Shown here piece by piece: positions 1-27,068 of a DNA stretch of 64,000 bases. The stretch's first letter is position 1. Each line of letters begins with the position of its first letter. Both the position numbers and the translations under genes were made by a program. The notes under the pieces were generated by a model. That model ran no database searches and was not told the origin of the DNA. It worked only from the letters and a program-made list of their open reading frames with translations. The DNA comes from Yuukianura sp. NJ FZ-2021 (lineage: Eukaryota), in assembly GCA_046563655.1 (NCBI GenBank), contig CM102290.1, forward strand, positions 5,766,001-5,830,000, read 5' to 3'.

Positions 1-165
1 TTAGCTCAAAATACGCTCTTTTAACCAAAAAAGGCTTTTGTGTTGGAGGGAGTAACTACGCACTTCCGATTGTTCAGTTAAGGGATTGTGAGTGTCACTT
101 TAACTTACTTTGGAGAGGTGAAAGCAGGAGGAAAAGTGAAAAGTGGGGAAAACTGAGATTTGGGT

Positions 166-300
166 GGCGGGAGTAACTATTCGAATTCTTACGTGGCTTG
201 AGTAACTATTTGAATACCTATATGGAGGGAGTAAGTATTTGAATTCCTATTTGGCGGGAGTAACTATGTTGCATACCTATGTGGAGGGAGTAACTATTTT
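166..300 (+). repeat. 29-bp minisatellite, ~5 copies (core GGMGGGAGTAACTAT)
   Basis: Degenerate tandem units ggcgggagtaactattcgaattcttacgt / ggagggagtaagtatttgaattcctattt etc. Confidence 0.85.
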
Positions 301-1149
301 GTGCAGAGGGAGGGATCCCCTTGCCTAATTGGCATGGAACATTAAATTAACCTCCGTTTTCGTAATGAGAAGCGCGGAAATGAAAATGTAGGCGGGAGAA
401 AGTGAAGTTTTCGGGAGTGGAAATGGCCGTGAAATGAATTGAGAGAGTGAAAATGAGCCCGTGAGGGAAGAAAGGTAGGAGAGAGTTAATTGCTAACATT
501 TCCCTCGGCTAATTCTGTTTGTTCTTCCTTACTTTATTAGGTACACTTCATTTAAAACGAACTTTCTCCCAAAACTCTCCATTCAAAACTTCAAAGTTTC
601 CAACTTTCTTTCCCGCTTTGTTTTCCTCTCCTACTCTCTCTCTCCTTTTAATTAATCCTTTCGGAATTCCAACTGTTGTGACTTTTGTTGCTGCTTTAAA
701 TGGTGACTTGATTAGGCCCCTTCAAGGGCCCCTCCAAATCCCTTTGGAGAGAAAACAAAGCTGGAATGTAAGACTGAATAAACAGAGTCTCAATGTGCCC
801 ACCAGATCCCTTTCCCTTTGATCTCACTCAAAGTTCAAAGAAAATTTGGAAGAGCGAAGAGCGGGAAAACGAAATGTAAAACGGAATTCTTCTCGGGAAG
901 GGCAGGGGAGGGCCCTTAATGGAGAAACAACCACGAGAAACGGAGACTTCAAAGAAGTTAAAACAGTCTCTGCCTCATTGTTCTTATTTGCCAACATAAT
1001 TACTTTCCCAAACACTTCAATAATTGATGGACACTAAGAGCTACACTTTCATCTTCTACTCAACACTCATAGCTTCCAACTCAGTCGGAATAGCTAATTA
1101 TCCATTTAGTTAATTTTTAAATTAACTTAATCAGCTGATTAACAACTAC

Positions 1150-1330
1150 TTCCCACCATTTCCCACTACTTCCCAACAATTTCCCAGTATTTTCCACAAT
1201 TTCCCAGTATTTTCCACAATTTCCCAGTATTTTCCACAATTTCCCAGTATTTTCCACAATTTCCCAGTATTTTCCACAATTTCCCAGTATTTTCCACAAT
1301 TTCCCAGTATTTTCCACAATTTCCCACTAT
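1150..1330 (+). repeat. 20-bp minisatellite (TTTCCCAGTATTTTCCACAA)n, ~9 copies
   Basis: Perfect tandem core with degenerate edges. Confidence 0.95.
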
Positions 1331-2640
1331 TCCTCCTAATTTCATTGATATTTCCCCATTTCTTGTACTCCGAGTGACGTCATAGTTGCATAGCGACCGT
1401 CACGAAAAAAAAAGAGTGAGTTAAGGGTTGCCCGATTTTTTTTTAAATTGAATTGACCATCGCTTTTCAAATTTTTTTTTTCGTGTTTTTTTTTTTGAAA
1501 ACCAACTAAATTTTTTGTGAATTATTGTGAAAAGTCAGTGGACATGGAAAGGTGACACGGTCACTGTGACCTTAACAAAGGAAGAGACGATGACTTGGGA
1601 ACTTTTTCGGAAGAGTTGTTGAAATTGATTGAGATGCAACGGGATGCAAAGAAAACGCGCTAAATTTCAAACCCAACAAACCGCACGTCTTTCAACACAC
1701 AAAAGAAGAAGAAGGGAGTAACTATGATCTCATTAAATTTATGCAACGCTAAGGCCATTATGCTCAAATCTCCATTCACCACTAACGAGTCACCTTCTTC
1801 AGAGTCAAGGGCCTCACTCCCTTTTGTTCACTTTTTTTTTTAAAGAAACGGTGGTTGGGCTCGATCCCACGACCTCTTCAAAGTAAGACAAGAATGGGTT
1901 AGTCTCAACCACAAACGTGTGCTGACCCTCCGTTGTTCAAAACCAAACCACTTTTTTCAAATTTCAAACTTGAAATTCTAAATTTCAAAAAAATTAATTA
2001 CGTAGAAACATAAATGCACTTGTTTGGGAAACGACGCGGAGATTCTAAAATTCTTAAACAATTGAGCATTGTACCTTTTCCAAAAAAATCAAATTTTGGG
2101 TTCAGTGGATCCAAAATTTGAACAGAGATTTGGTATTGTTGGGAATTAATTAAAATTTGGAAAGTGAAGAGGGAGAATTGTGGGAGGAAACACGCGCGAA
2201 CATTTGAATTTGAAATGAAGGTATAACCTCTTTTTGGAAAGTGAATTGTGCCAGGGAGAAAGTAGTGGAGTGGCTGTTCCCGTGGAGAAAGTGTGTTCGG
2301 AGGAGTTGTAAAAACATAAGGTTGCTCACCTATGAAAGATTTAGTGAGTCTTTGATAGTTCCATTAGGCTTATTGAAAAACGATCCGATCATCCCACCAT
2401 CTCTCGACTCACTCCACCCAAATCCATTTATGCCACAACAAACGGAAGACTGATTGTACCCCATTCACCAAACAGCCTTACCCCTTAGCCCCTCCAATAA
2501 CACATAAGTACCCCCGGGGGTACTTACCCCCTCCCCCTCAGGCCCCCACTTCGACCCACCCCCCTTCTCAGGTGAAACACTTAAGCACAAGTACCCTTCA
2601 CCGGTCACTTTCTCCACTTTCCCATCTCTCATTCCACAAC

Positions 2641-2828
2641 AAAGTGGGAAATTTCGGGAAAAAGTGGGAAATTTCGGGAAAAAGTGGGAAATTTGTAGAA
2701 AAACGGGAAATTTGTGGAAAAACGGGAAATTTGTGGAAAAACCGGGAAAAAGTGGAAAATTTGTGCAAAAACGGGAAATTTGTGGAAAAGGCGGGAAAGT
2801 TGAGGGGAAAAAAAGCAGGGAAATTGTA
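2641..2828 (+). repeat. Degenerate 20-21-bp minisatellite (AAACGGGAAATTTGTGGAAA-like)
   Basis: Tandem units resembling the reverse complement of the 1150-1330 array; a similar array lies at ~57035-57160. Confidence 0.85.
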
Positions 2829-3002
2829 AATTTGAGCGTCTAAAGCCTCCGTTGGGTTTAAATGTTGAAAAAAGGTGAGAATTTTTAGCATAAGGTGGTT
2901 GACCTTTGAGGTCACGCTGTTCGTGACCCCATGAGGAGTTAGTTGGAAGTGAAAGTAGGAAAAGTGAAAGTACTGTGCCTGGGAGGTGGATTGTGTTAAG
3001 AT

Positions 3003-3563
3003 GTGTGATTGGTGCAGGTGAGGGAGTGCGCAATTGTTTTTTGTGGTTTTGGTACACAATGGGCATTGTGTGGCGGAGGGCCGTGATTGGCGGAGGGAGG
3101 GCTTGGCCTGGCCTCGTTTCTCGATCTTCTGCTCCAGCCTCCACAGTTAGTCTCTTCTTCTTGCGCACACAACAGCCCTTGTCTCCCACGGAACACTGTG
3201 CTCATCCTCCTTAGTTCAACGTCTTCATCCCTCCTGCAACCACCTACGACCACAACACTCCTAACAATACACAAATACTTCCCAAGTACTCAGTACTTGA
3301 CAATACTTCGGCAGCATTCAGCACTAAGTACTTTGCAGTACTCAGTACTTCTGCAGGAGACTAAAGAAAGTTTGAGAGAGAAAGCATTCTGGTGTTGAGA
3401 AATCATTTTGCAGTGAAACTGCTGAGAGTGCGAGTGTGTTGCTTTATTGTATTGTTGGTGTAACTTTTTAGCTGGTTTGGCAGAGTGTGACCTCAGTTTG
3501 ACCTTGGACATTGGACTGACTAAATCACAATTAACATTGTTCAGTTGGAGTTGTATGCAAAAG
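3003..3563 (+). promoter_or_regulatory. Probable SoxD promoter and non-coding 5' exon
   Basis: Two reverse CCAAT boxes (TGATTGG at ~3006 and ~3084) in a GC-richer stretch; perfect donor AAG|GTAAGT at 3563/3564; acceptor TTCCAG at 9620 lies 75 nt before the SoxD ATG. TSS position not determinable. Confidence 0.45.
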
Positions 3564-6500
3564 GTAAGTCTGTCTCTTGTCTTGTAACTCCACAGTAATA
3601 GTTGATTCCAGTGGAAGTTAATTAGCCTAAGTCCACGTTGGCCTCAATTTCATTTGTAGTTCATACAAAAGCGCCAATTTTTGAATCACAACTTGCATTC
3701 TTCTGCTTACTTGGAAATTTGCATTGGGGTGATAGGGGTAACTCATGGTCAGTCTCAACCTTCATCATCCTCACACGGCGTTTTGACGTGAACAACATTC
3801 ATTTCAGTTGTAAAAAGAAAAAAAAAGTAAAATTTTGAACATTTGGAACTTTTTGAATTTTGGATTTTGAATCAAACTCGGGTTTTAGTTGGATCCGCAC
3901 CAACGTGATTTTAAAATGAAACGAAAACGGATTTCGGATTTTGCAAAATCGAGGAATTCTTTTCTAATTTAAAAAAAATAAGTTTTTGGTCTCCCGATGT
4001 TCGAACTTTCTCCACTTTTTTGAAAAGGTAAACTTTAGCGTTAGAGCAGTGATGTGATGCTAACTGTGCTTAAGTGAGATGAGTTAATTGCAATTAAGTT
4101 AAGACTAATTGTAGTTAAGTTAAGATGAAGTTGTGTGATGGGTGGGGTGGGGACGGGGGCGTGGGAGCAGGGAACAAAGGGCGAGGAATCAAGAGGGCTG
4201 GTGCCCATGTGTGTCCGATGCGACAAAAGGAGCCTTAAGTCCCCCTCCTTAAGGGTCCCTTAAAACAAAGCCTATTTTTCGGATGCTAAGGGACCTTGAC
4301 GACCATCCAGAAACAAAGAGGATTTCTTTGTGTGTCGGATCCTGGTGTGTCAGGTTTCCATGCCTTGAGTCCATATGGGTCCAATCATCATGTCCACCCT
4401 CAAGGGATCCCTGGGCCCTTGGCATCTCCCAACGCATTGTCTCCAGACGCAACAATCCAACAGAATGCATTTCATGTCCATTGTCTCACATTTCAAACAA
4501 AAGACGCTGCAGTCAAAACACGCCAAAACAGTCTGCGCCAATTTCAAACACCAGCCACACAGTCTAGGGCAATTTTAAACACCGCAAGCTAAACAGTCTG
4601 CGCCAATTTTAAATACCGGAAGCCCACCTTTGAAATTTAATCCGCGAAACTGAATTTTGCGTCGCAGAATCGCAGAATCGCAAAAACGGAGAGTGAAAGG
4701 TCACGTGAGGTCACCGTGACGCGGTGGGGTGGGGTGGGCGTGGTCGGTGGCGGAGGGGTGTGGCTTTTGACACAATTGGTCCCCACTCCCCCACCCTATT
4801 GTTTTCTCCCACCTTGAAACCAGGTGAGAGTGAAAGTGTGGCTCATCACAGCTCTCTGATTGGCCGGACAAAGATCAAATTTAATTTGAAAGTGAGCTCT
4901 TGACATTGCAGTTTCTTTAAATTTAAAAAGTATAATTGAAGAAGAGTGTTTGAATTGGAATTTTGATTTAAGAGTGAATGGTGTGTTTGAAATTGAGCTG
5001 GAAGTTTATTTGGGTTTGAATTGACTGAGCCTCCTGTTCAGAACACTGTCTCTCTTTTTTAAAAAGATCTTTTTGAAAAAGCTTAGTTTTGATTTTGTAA
5101 ATGGAGGAAGAGAGAGTTGTGAAGATAAAAGTCAAAGTTGAGAGGACCTTGACAGATACCAGAAGATGTTGTGGAGGATGGAGGGAGCAGACAATCTGCA
5201 TTGTTCAGTTCCAACAATTATTGGGGAACACAGTGTACATTTCCCAGCTTACACTTGTGAGGGAGTCAATTGACTCCATCGTTCTTCAATTCAACATGTT
5301 GTGGAACCAGGGTCATCACATGGGTGAACTCCATGTTAACCCATTGGGTTAACGCCACTGTTCCCTGTCTTCTGGTCAATGTCCCATTGTCCATTCAAAT
5401 TCATTTCAAGTTCCTCTCAGTATACCATCTTGACTCAATAATAAAAAAAAGTAAAAGTAAAAAAAAAAGTTAAGAAAACTTGTCAAAAAAACCTCGGACG
5501 ATTTTTTATTTGACAAAAGAAAGCAAGAGTCGGAAAATCGGACAATTTTTAGAGAGAAAAAAAAGGCAAAAGTCGGAAAATGTTAAACAAAAGTCGGAAA
5601 GTCTCAAAACCTTTTTCTTTCTTTCTCCCGGAATTTTTTGTCTTTCGCTTTCAAAATTTATACGTTTTGACTAAAAATTTATTCTTTTTTGACTAAAAAT
5701 TTATTGTTTGTTGAAGTACGGGAAAGTTTGACTGGATGAGTAATGGTTTGAAATAGATAAAAAGAGAAAGCGAGTAATAAATGGTTGAATTTGGAATGAG
5801 AGCGGAGCGTTATTTGTGATTTCTGGGAGACGGGACTTCCTTCCTGTTTGACATTTGAATTTTGATTAGTAATATTTTGAGTATTTCCTCTTTTGTGCAC
5901 TATTTTGTGTATTTGTGGTGAAAGGACATGGAAAGAGATATTTATTGTTTCTGGTCTATTGAACTTTGAATGATTTCTGTACTTTCCTACTTACACAATC
6001 ATTTCCCCACCACTCACTTATTTCCTATTCATTTCCTCACTTTTTCTCCTTTCACCCCACTACTTCCAAAGAATACAAAACTGAACTAGTGCTCAGGGCC
6101 GGATTGTTGCAACATCAAAATGTCACTGGGAAAAACCAAGTGGGCTCTTTTGTAAGTTGGGCCCAGAGGAAGTGATTGACGGCCCTGCTGCTTTCCCCTT
6201 GAATTGTACTTTTCTTCGTACTTTGAGTTGGAGAAAGCACTTTTGTAGGTAGACACTTCCATTTCTTTTCTCTTTCTCTCTTTGTGCACAAAAGAGAGAA
6301 AAATTGTCCATTTCGGAAGTGGGCATTTGGACACTGTGACTTATGGACCACTTCTTCATTTGAGCATGAAATTATGAGTCCATTTGGGCCAAGCAAAAGG
6401 AAGTCATAAATGTTGGGCTTCATAAACGTTTGTTGACACAGAGAGGGCCTTTGTTGTGCTAATGGGAGGGGGACTTAAGTGCCCCCTGCCTAATTTATAG

Positions 6501-6849
6501 TCTCTGGCCACTCGGAGTCTAAGGAGTTTGGTGGGACTTGGATGTTGGACAATTGCCCAAAGTGTCTTTTGTGTGGAGTGTGATTGGTGAAGCAGGTAGA
6601 GTGGAGAGAATTGTGTTTCGCCTCACTGGAGTTGTGTGTGGAGTTTAAATTTTGACTTTTGGCGGGTGAGACAAAAGAGATATGAGTGTGTAAGAATAAT
6701 AGAAGATTTGGCTCTTCTTCAAACTGAGTTCCTCAGAGCCAACTTCCACCCAAAAACCTTTGTTTCCATTGGCTCTCTCTGAGACGTGTGCAGGGGCGTA
6801 ACAAGGCAAGGAAACAATCACACCCACTTCAAACAGACACTTCAAGTCT

Positions 6850-7310
6850 ACCGTTCCAAGGAAACGATTAGGAGGAAACGCCAAAAAGCGTTTCTGCGGA
6901 AATGGTGTCCAGCAGGGAACGCCAGAGGTGGTTAGAACTGCCGAAAAAGTATTTGAGGAAAAGGCTTTTGCAGAAGCATTTCTCCGGAAACGCCATTGAG
7001 GAAATACCATTGAGGAAATGCCATTGGAGCACAGTGGGAAAAAAGTCAGTTTTGAGACAAGAGTTTCCATCCAGTTATTTGGGATTTTCTTTCTCAAAAG
7101 GAAGACTCTTTTCTCACTGTGAGGAAATGCCATTGCGGAAATGGGATTGAGGAAATGCCATTGAGGAAACGGTTTATGAGGGTATTTGTTAGGAAACGTG
7201 AAATGATGAAGAAACGATTCGAAGAAACGGTTTTTTGGGGGAAACTATTTCATGAAACGCCTTGGAGGAAACATTTCCTCAGAAAGTCCGAATTTGTTGA
7301 GGAAATGTTC
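6850..7310 (+). repeat. Degenerate ~15-bp repeat (GAGGAAATGCCATT-like)
   Basis: Recurrent GGAAAC/GGAAAT units, e.g. gccattgaggaaataccattgaggaaatgccattg. Confidence 0.7.
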
Positions 7311-9695
7311 AACTTGGAGTAACTTTTTAGTTTTTTTAAGGCTTTGTATCGGCATGTGGAGTTTTGTTTGAAGTTTTCGACTCTTCTAGTCATGCCAGAG
7401 CCTGCTAATTTCTGGTTCTTTTTTTGTTAGTTGTGGCAGACTGTATTTAAAGTAAGCGTCTGGCTAGATTTGTGCCGAGTTAAGTTCAAAGGTCTCCTTC
7501 CAACTTTTGTTTTGGTTATGGCCCATATCAATTTTGTGACTTATGGTGTCTTACCCGGGTCTTTTCAAAAGGAAACCAAATCAAGCGGGGAGTTTGAGTC
7601 TTGAGACTGTTTGAGTTGGTGCCATTGTCACAGAGAGTCAGTGAACTATGACCTCAGGCAGTCAACCACCAAAGACAGCACGTCACTGCAACAGTCAAAT
7701 TTCATCCTTGTCATTTCTACCAAAATTTATCATCACTCAATCTTTGAAAAATTTTAATTTTTTTGTTCTATTTAAAATGGGGTGAGACGGAAGTGTTTCT
7801 GCCCAAAAACATTTTTTGTTCAATCCTTTTAGCTTTCAGTTTCAATAAAAAAATTTTTTAAAGAATGTTTTCTTTTTTGCACATTTCCATCTCTTAACCT
7901 TTCATCAACCCAGATCAATTTTTAAAAATAGTTAATGCAAAATCCTGTGATTTTTTTTGTTGTTTGGGAATGCTTGAATTATGAACTGTACTAAAAAGTT
8001 AATTGGAACATTGGAGTTTCATTTTTAAAAAAAAGTCTGCGAAATGTAATGAAGACCACAATCCATTTTGGAAAAGTGGCGAGTGAGTGATGAGTGAATT
8101 CACATCTGGAATTGCACATTTTATGAGATCATGCTTTTAAATCAAAAATATTTTTTGCTTTGCTAACTTTTTGCAATCAAAAAAGATTCTGAACTCTGTT
8201 TGTTAAATTCTGTTTGAATGAACTCAATATTCAAACACGAGCAAAAAAATTTTGACTCTAAATCTTTGCCCGACTTCAGCAAAAAAAATTGATTCTAATT
8301 TTTTTCCTGGCTTCATCAAAATTTGATTGTGAAAATGAGCTGATTTTGAGTATTTTGTTGCGATTTTTATGCAATTTTCGACAGTTTCTCGCGATTTCCT
8401 TGGTTTTTTGCGATTCTTAACAGTTTTTTTTGCTGAATGGAGTGTGTTTTGAGAGTCCAGTTTGACAAAAGCAGTTGGTTAAGTTGAATATGTTGGGTTT
8501 TGATAAGGAAGATGAATGATGCTGTTTGTTGGATTGTGAGAATGGAAGATGACTTTTGGAAATTGTGTAGTCGTCACTCACCAGAATCTGTTGTAATCAT
8601 GGTCTCTGTATTATTACAAGACACTCTCAGTCTAATGTATGAAACACAAATACTTTTTTTTTGTCTCCCAGAGGTCAACTCCACAGGTCAACTGCTTTAT
8701 CCACAGTTTTGTTATAACTTGAGCACTCACAAGGAACAGCGTTGTTAAAGATGGAAATTTTAATTAACTTTTTAACATCATCTGAGACGCAGTTGGTCAT
8801 TGTGTAACAACAAGTCATCAACAGGCACTTTAGCCCCGCCCCTCCTCTGTCTCCACCAATCACAGCTCTTCTTACAACTGGAAAATACACTTGACATGAA
8901 ATGTCAACTCAAATGGGGTTCACATGAATTATGGCTCGATTAACGAGATTAAGGGCCCCCTCTCAAGGGCCTCAAATTTAAAATGAACTTACACAATTCT
9001 ATCACCACGTTTTTTAAATTTTTAGCTTCAAACATTTAAATTTTAAACTTCGGTGCCAAAATTGAATTTGGTGGGAAGTTCACGCGGTTGCTTTTTGGAA
9101 TCAACAGAACAACTAACTTTTAACTTGTAGTGAAAACAAGGCCTTTTAGGCCTAAAAGAAACAGAACACACTACAAGTTTTGTTTTGCCTTCCGTGGTGG
9201 AAGGTAGAAATATAACTTTTTATTAAAAGTTCAAAGAAAATGAAAGGCAGTTTGACCTCGCAGAGGTCAAACTGACGAGTAGTAAAGTCTCCTGCTCCAA
9301 GCAGAGCAGAAGGAAGAAGTGTAATGAATTTTTGTGCGCTGGCGGTCACCCATATTTATATGGATTGAACCGGAAACCAGCGGAGTAGAATTTCGCTTTG
9401 TCTAACTCCAAATTTACATAAATCTATTTTTAAGTAAAGAACAAAGGGAGACAAACTAGTTTGATCTGGTTTCTAGTTTACATTTTACAAAAGGACAAAA
9501 GATTTCTAATTACAAACTAATATGCAAGTTGACGTGAACTATGAGGTCGCTGACTTCGTTTCATCACAAACTTTTAACTTTTTAGAACAGCAACTAACTA
9601 ACAAGTTTTTTTTATTCCAGGTCATTGACTGACGCTTTGGCTGAACTGAAATTTAAGCTGGCAAAGGTCAAACGTGACCTTTGACCTTTAAAAAG

Positions 9696-23663
<13,968 letters not shown>

Positions 23664-24203
23664 GCAACCATGCTTTACATTGCACCAAAGCCAACTTTTT
23701 CAAAATTTCAACAATTTTGAAACAGAATTTTGAAAATTCCAAAATCCAAAAAGCACTGTTTCCCGCAATAATATGATGGACGTGGAGACTTCCTTTTGTG
23801 TTCACACTCCAAGTCCTCTGTTTTTTTGAGTCAGTATCCACTAAAAGTCATGACCCCTTGACCTGCGTGACCCCTTGACGTTGACCTCTCAAATTTTATG
23901 TGTGACGATAGGAGAAATGTAAAAGACTTTTAGCAATTGACGATCCTTAGGACTTAAGGAGAATTTAAACTTCATTGGCAATGGTCACATTCTGGGCAGG
24001 TCAAGGTCATCCCCCCTAAAAGTGAATTTTTTGTGTGTTTAACGACGGTTCAACTGTATTAAACAAATTTAAATCTCAATCAGAAAAGATGAGTGTTAGT
24101 GAAGCTTTAGGTTGAACTATGATTAGTATTTTAGTATTTATAGACTCTTAATTAGTAATTAATTGACTAATTCCACCTCCACTCTTTTTTAATTAGACTT
24201 ACT

Positions 24204-24426
24204 AGGGAGTTTGCGTTATAAATTTATAGGATTTATGAAGTCCCGCCCCTTTTTTGTTAAGGCTTCTGCAATTGGTCCATTTAAAATCCGTGACGTCACT
24301 TTCAAAACTTATGGAAATTTATGAAAATTATGAGTCGTGATTATAAATTTTATAAATCCCAAAATTTTGAAAAGTGACGTCACCCATAAATTCTCTAACT
24401 TCTATAAATTATAACGCAAACTGCCT
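24204..24426. mobile_element. MITE (TIR AGGGAGTTTGCGTTATAA) in the probable SoxD 3' UTR
   Basis: AGGGAGTTTGCGTTATAA ... TTATAACGCAAACTGCCT; upstream of AATAAA at 24743. Superfamily uncertain (possibly PIF/Harbinger/ISL2EU). Confidence 0.8.
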
Positions 24427-25028
24427 ATTGCTTGAAGGGTGTAGAGGTCAACGACCTTAAAATTATGCAGTCACATTCTATAATGTGCAGAATTGTACTT
24501 CCGAATCCACTTTGTTTGGGAAGTACTTTAGACAAGGCGTTTCAATCAAAATGTTTAAATGTTTGACTGTTGAAAATGTTTCCAAACGTTTGACTAAAAA
24601 GTACTACAAATAGCTGAGTAGTTGCGACTATAAAAGTTATAGGGAAAGTATGTTAATAAATCTGTAAATGTTTTAGTCGTTATAGTTAGGAAAGCTTTAC
24701 TTAAGTGATATGTTGAAATTCATTTGTTTGAAGTTACCATTGAATAAAACCAACCAACCAATCACCACACTCCATTGCAATTGATTCACTTTACTTGATT
24801 AGGTTAAGTTTATCATTACGTCAACCTAACGTTTACTAATAAATACGACTTTAACCTAATGAGTTTATGGAGTCATTTCATAATTCTAATTCCTAATTAA
24901 CTTCGTTTCTTAATTCATTACGGTAAGAAAGAGAAAAGGAAGAGACATACCAGTCATGTGGTCACCAGTAAACAGTACAGTGTGTAGTTTAGTAAATTAA
25001 CTTAAGTTATGTTAATCTTAAGTTCAGT

Positions 25029-26062
25029 TTAGACGGACTTCTGCTGGCAACTTTCAATAGTGTCGAAGAGACTTTGTGCTAGTTCTGTCGTTTTGACCAA
25101 GAAGGAAATTGGACATTGTTGATGAGGATCTACAGTCAGAACTTGTTTCTTGGCCAAATTGACAGTAGCTGGAATGTCAGCTGTGATTTTCATGTTGAGG
25201 AGGATCGTGCCAAGGGAGTTGTCAGCTCGGACCAATATACGATGACTTCCATCGTCCGTCTTCTGGATGTAGAGCTGCCCTATGCCACGAACCTCGTAAG
25301 CGGTCTTGTCTTTCGGCTTTTGGAAAATTTTGCATCTGAAAGTAAATTAAAAATAGTCAACTTTAGTTTAATTAGTTGAGTTAAGTTACTGGTTTACCTA
25401 GTTGTGAACAGGGAGTCGTTTTCGGTGACTGGGACAAATTCATGGGCTTGAGCCTCCTTTTCCTGAGCCTCATCTGGATCTTCTTCGGCCTTGACGTTGG
25501 ACTCACTTGTGGTAGTGATTGTAGAAGTTGTACCGAAGAACCCTGAACTTGGATTGATAGTGTTCGAAGAGGAGTCAAACGAAAATGAAGGCGGTATGGA
25601 TGATGTGACGGAAGGCTCGGGCTGCTTCTTCACTTTTTTCACTTGATCATTCTTCTTCAACACCTCCGCGAACGTTTCAAAGTCCCCAGAAATGAGCTTC
25701 AAACGTTTGGCCAGTTCACTTATGGCCAAAGTGGACTCTTCATTGGCCAACTCAGGATCCATTAACTTCAAACATTGGTTGAGATAGTCAGCAGCGAGCG
25801 GTGCCAAGCAACAGTTGGTTCCCAGCGTTTCCACATTCCCAATGCAGCTATGTAGAAATTCCCGATTGAGTATGCCAAACTGATCCTCCGTCTGTAAAAC
25901 AAAGAATACTATCATAAGATCTAAAGTAAACTAAATATATAATATAATGTAAATTTTACATTGTAAAATAAGTGTTTTTTACACAACCGCGGTGAGCCGG
26001 TGAGGGGTGAGGTTACTATGCCTTACCATTGTGTCTCGGTTTGAGTCAGTCACGTCTGCCAT
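25029..26062 (-). CDS. Nup50: Nup50-like nucleoporin, shortened (~278 aa), with C-terminal Ran-binding domain
   Basis: Exons 26062-26027, 25891-25398, 25335-25029 join in frame. LNREFLHSCIGNV...CCLAPLAADYLNQC resembles the conserved Nup50 middle motif (LN..V..WI..HV..NP.CDL.PIF.DY). RCKIFQK...YEVRGIGQLYIQ...RILVRADNSLGTILLN matches the Nup50 RanBD. The frame is also open for 15 codons upstream, to an acceptor at 26107. Confidence 0.8.
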
Positions 26063-26249
26063 ACTGTCATCCAAGCGCGTATTCCCTACAGTCGATGTTA
26101 GTTCTTCCTGTCAGATAATTAATTAAAAAATTAATGAACAAGTAATTAAAAAAACGCCATCAAAATGGCAAAATCACAATCAATTCTTATCAGTCGGCTT
26201 TTTTCAATGGGAACGGGGAGGTTAAAAATCATAGTGATGAGAAAAAAAC

Positions 26250-26820
26250 TCGTATTTTTCAAACGCTTATGCTTTCCCGCGCTAACCTTTTCCCTTTATC
26301 AGTCCTTGCCTAACACTCTGAATTATGTGAATGCAAACCACTTAACATGTTTAGTTAAATATTTTTGTTTTTCATTGCAGGATAAACTTCTGCTAAATTA
26401 GTAAAATGTTTCATAGGGGACTCATAGGGGTCTCGTTTACAGTAAAATTTTTGTATTCTTCTCGGAATACAAACTCTAGCATCCTGGCTGCCTAATTCGA
26501 GCAATTGGGCAGGAACTGTGCATCACGTTTTTTCTTCTAATTTCTAAGATTATGAAACTCTGCTAATCAGAACTCATGGTTAAGAAGTCACAGTTTAATT
26601 ACATAGTTTCAAAATCATCAAATTAAAGTTATATCTCAGTTTATTTTAAATTAGTGCTAGTATTTGGGCTAATTGTTTTGTAAAACAGAAACTAATAGGC
26701 AGCTGACGAACCTTGCAATGTGTGGGGCAACGTGATTCAAAAGCGCCAATGTCCGGGAAATTCAAACTTTGTCTTTCTCTCAAATTGCATTTTTTATTTT
26801 TTTTTGAATTGGCGAAAATC
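26250..26820. promoter_or_regulatory. Shared bidirectional promoter region of Nup50-like and THOC2 with E2F/CHR-like motifs
   Basis: Divergent start codons ~1 kb apart (26062 on -, 27069 on +). TTTCCCGC at 26273, GCGCCAA...CGGGAAATTCAAA at ~26743-26766, TTTGAATTGGCGAAA at ~26803-26817. Confidence 0.5.
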
Positions 26821-27068
26821 ATGCTGAAAAAAAGTATACTTTTGCTATTCCAAGTTATATGTAAAAGCTTGTGTAAACTGCAAAAGTGATTTTGAAACTG
26901 ACGGTTGTTGGGTTTAATTAGTAATCACAATCAACGTCTGTCTTCGATTAACCTTGAGTTGCAACGAACGCAAACATTACCTCGACTGCTGTATATCGTC
27001 GGGGTATAACACAGAGACATCGCCTGTGGCACGACTCGTCGGATCCGGATGGTCGTTGTCAACTGATA

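Noticed and set aside
1845..1930. Further tRNA-like copy
   Set aside because: Only a T-arm-like GGGCTCGATCCCA is recognisable; too degenerate to call.
1117..7322. Repetitive ORFs at 1117, 2572-3189 and 6645-7322
   Set aside because: Products of minisatellites or low-complexity DNA with no domain signal or coherent splice structure.
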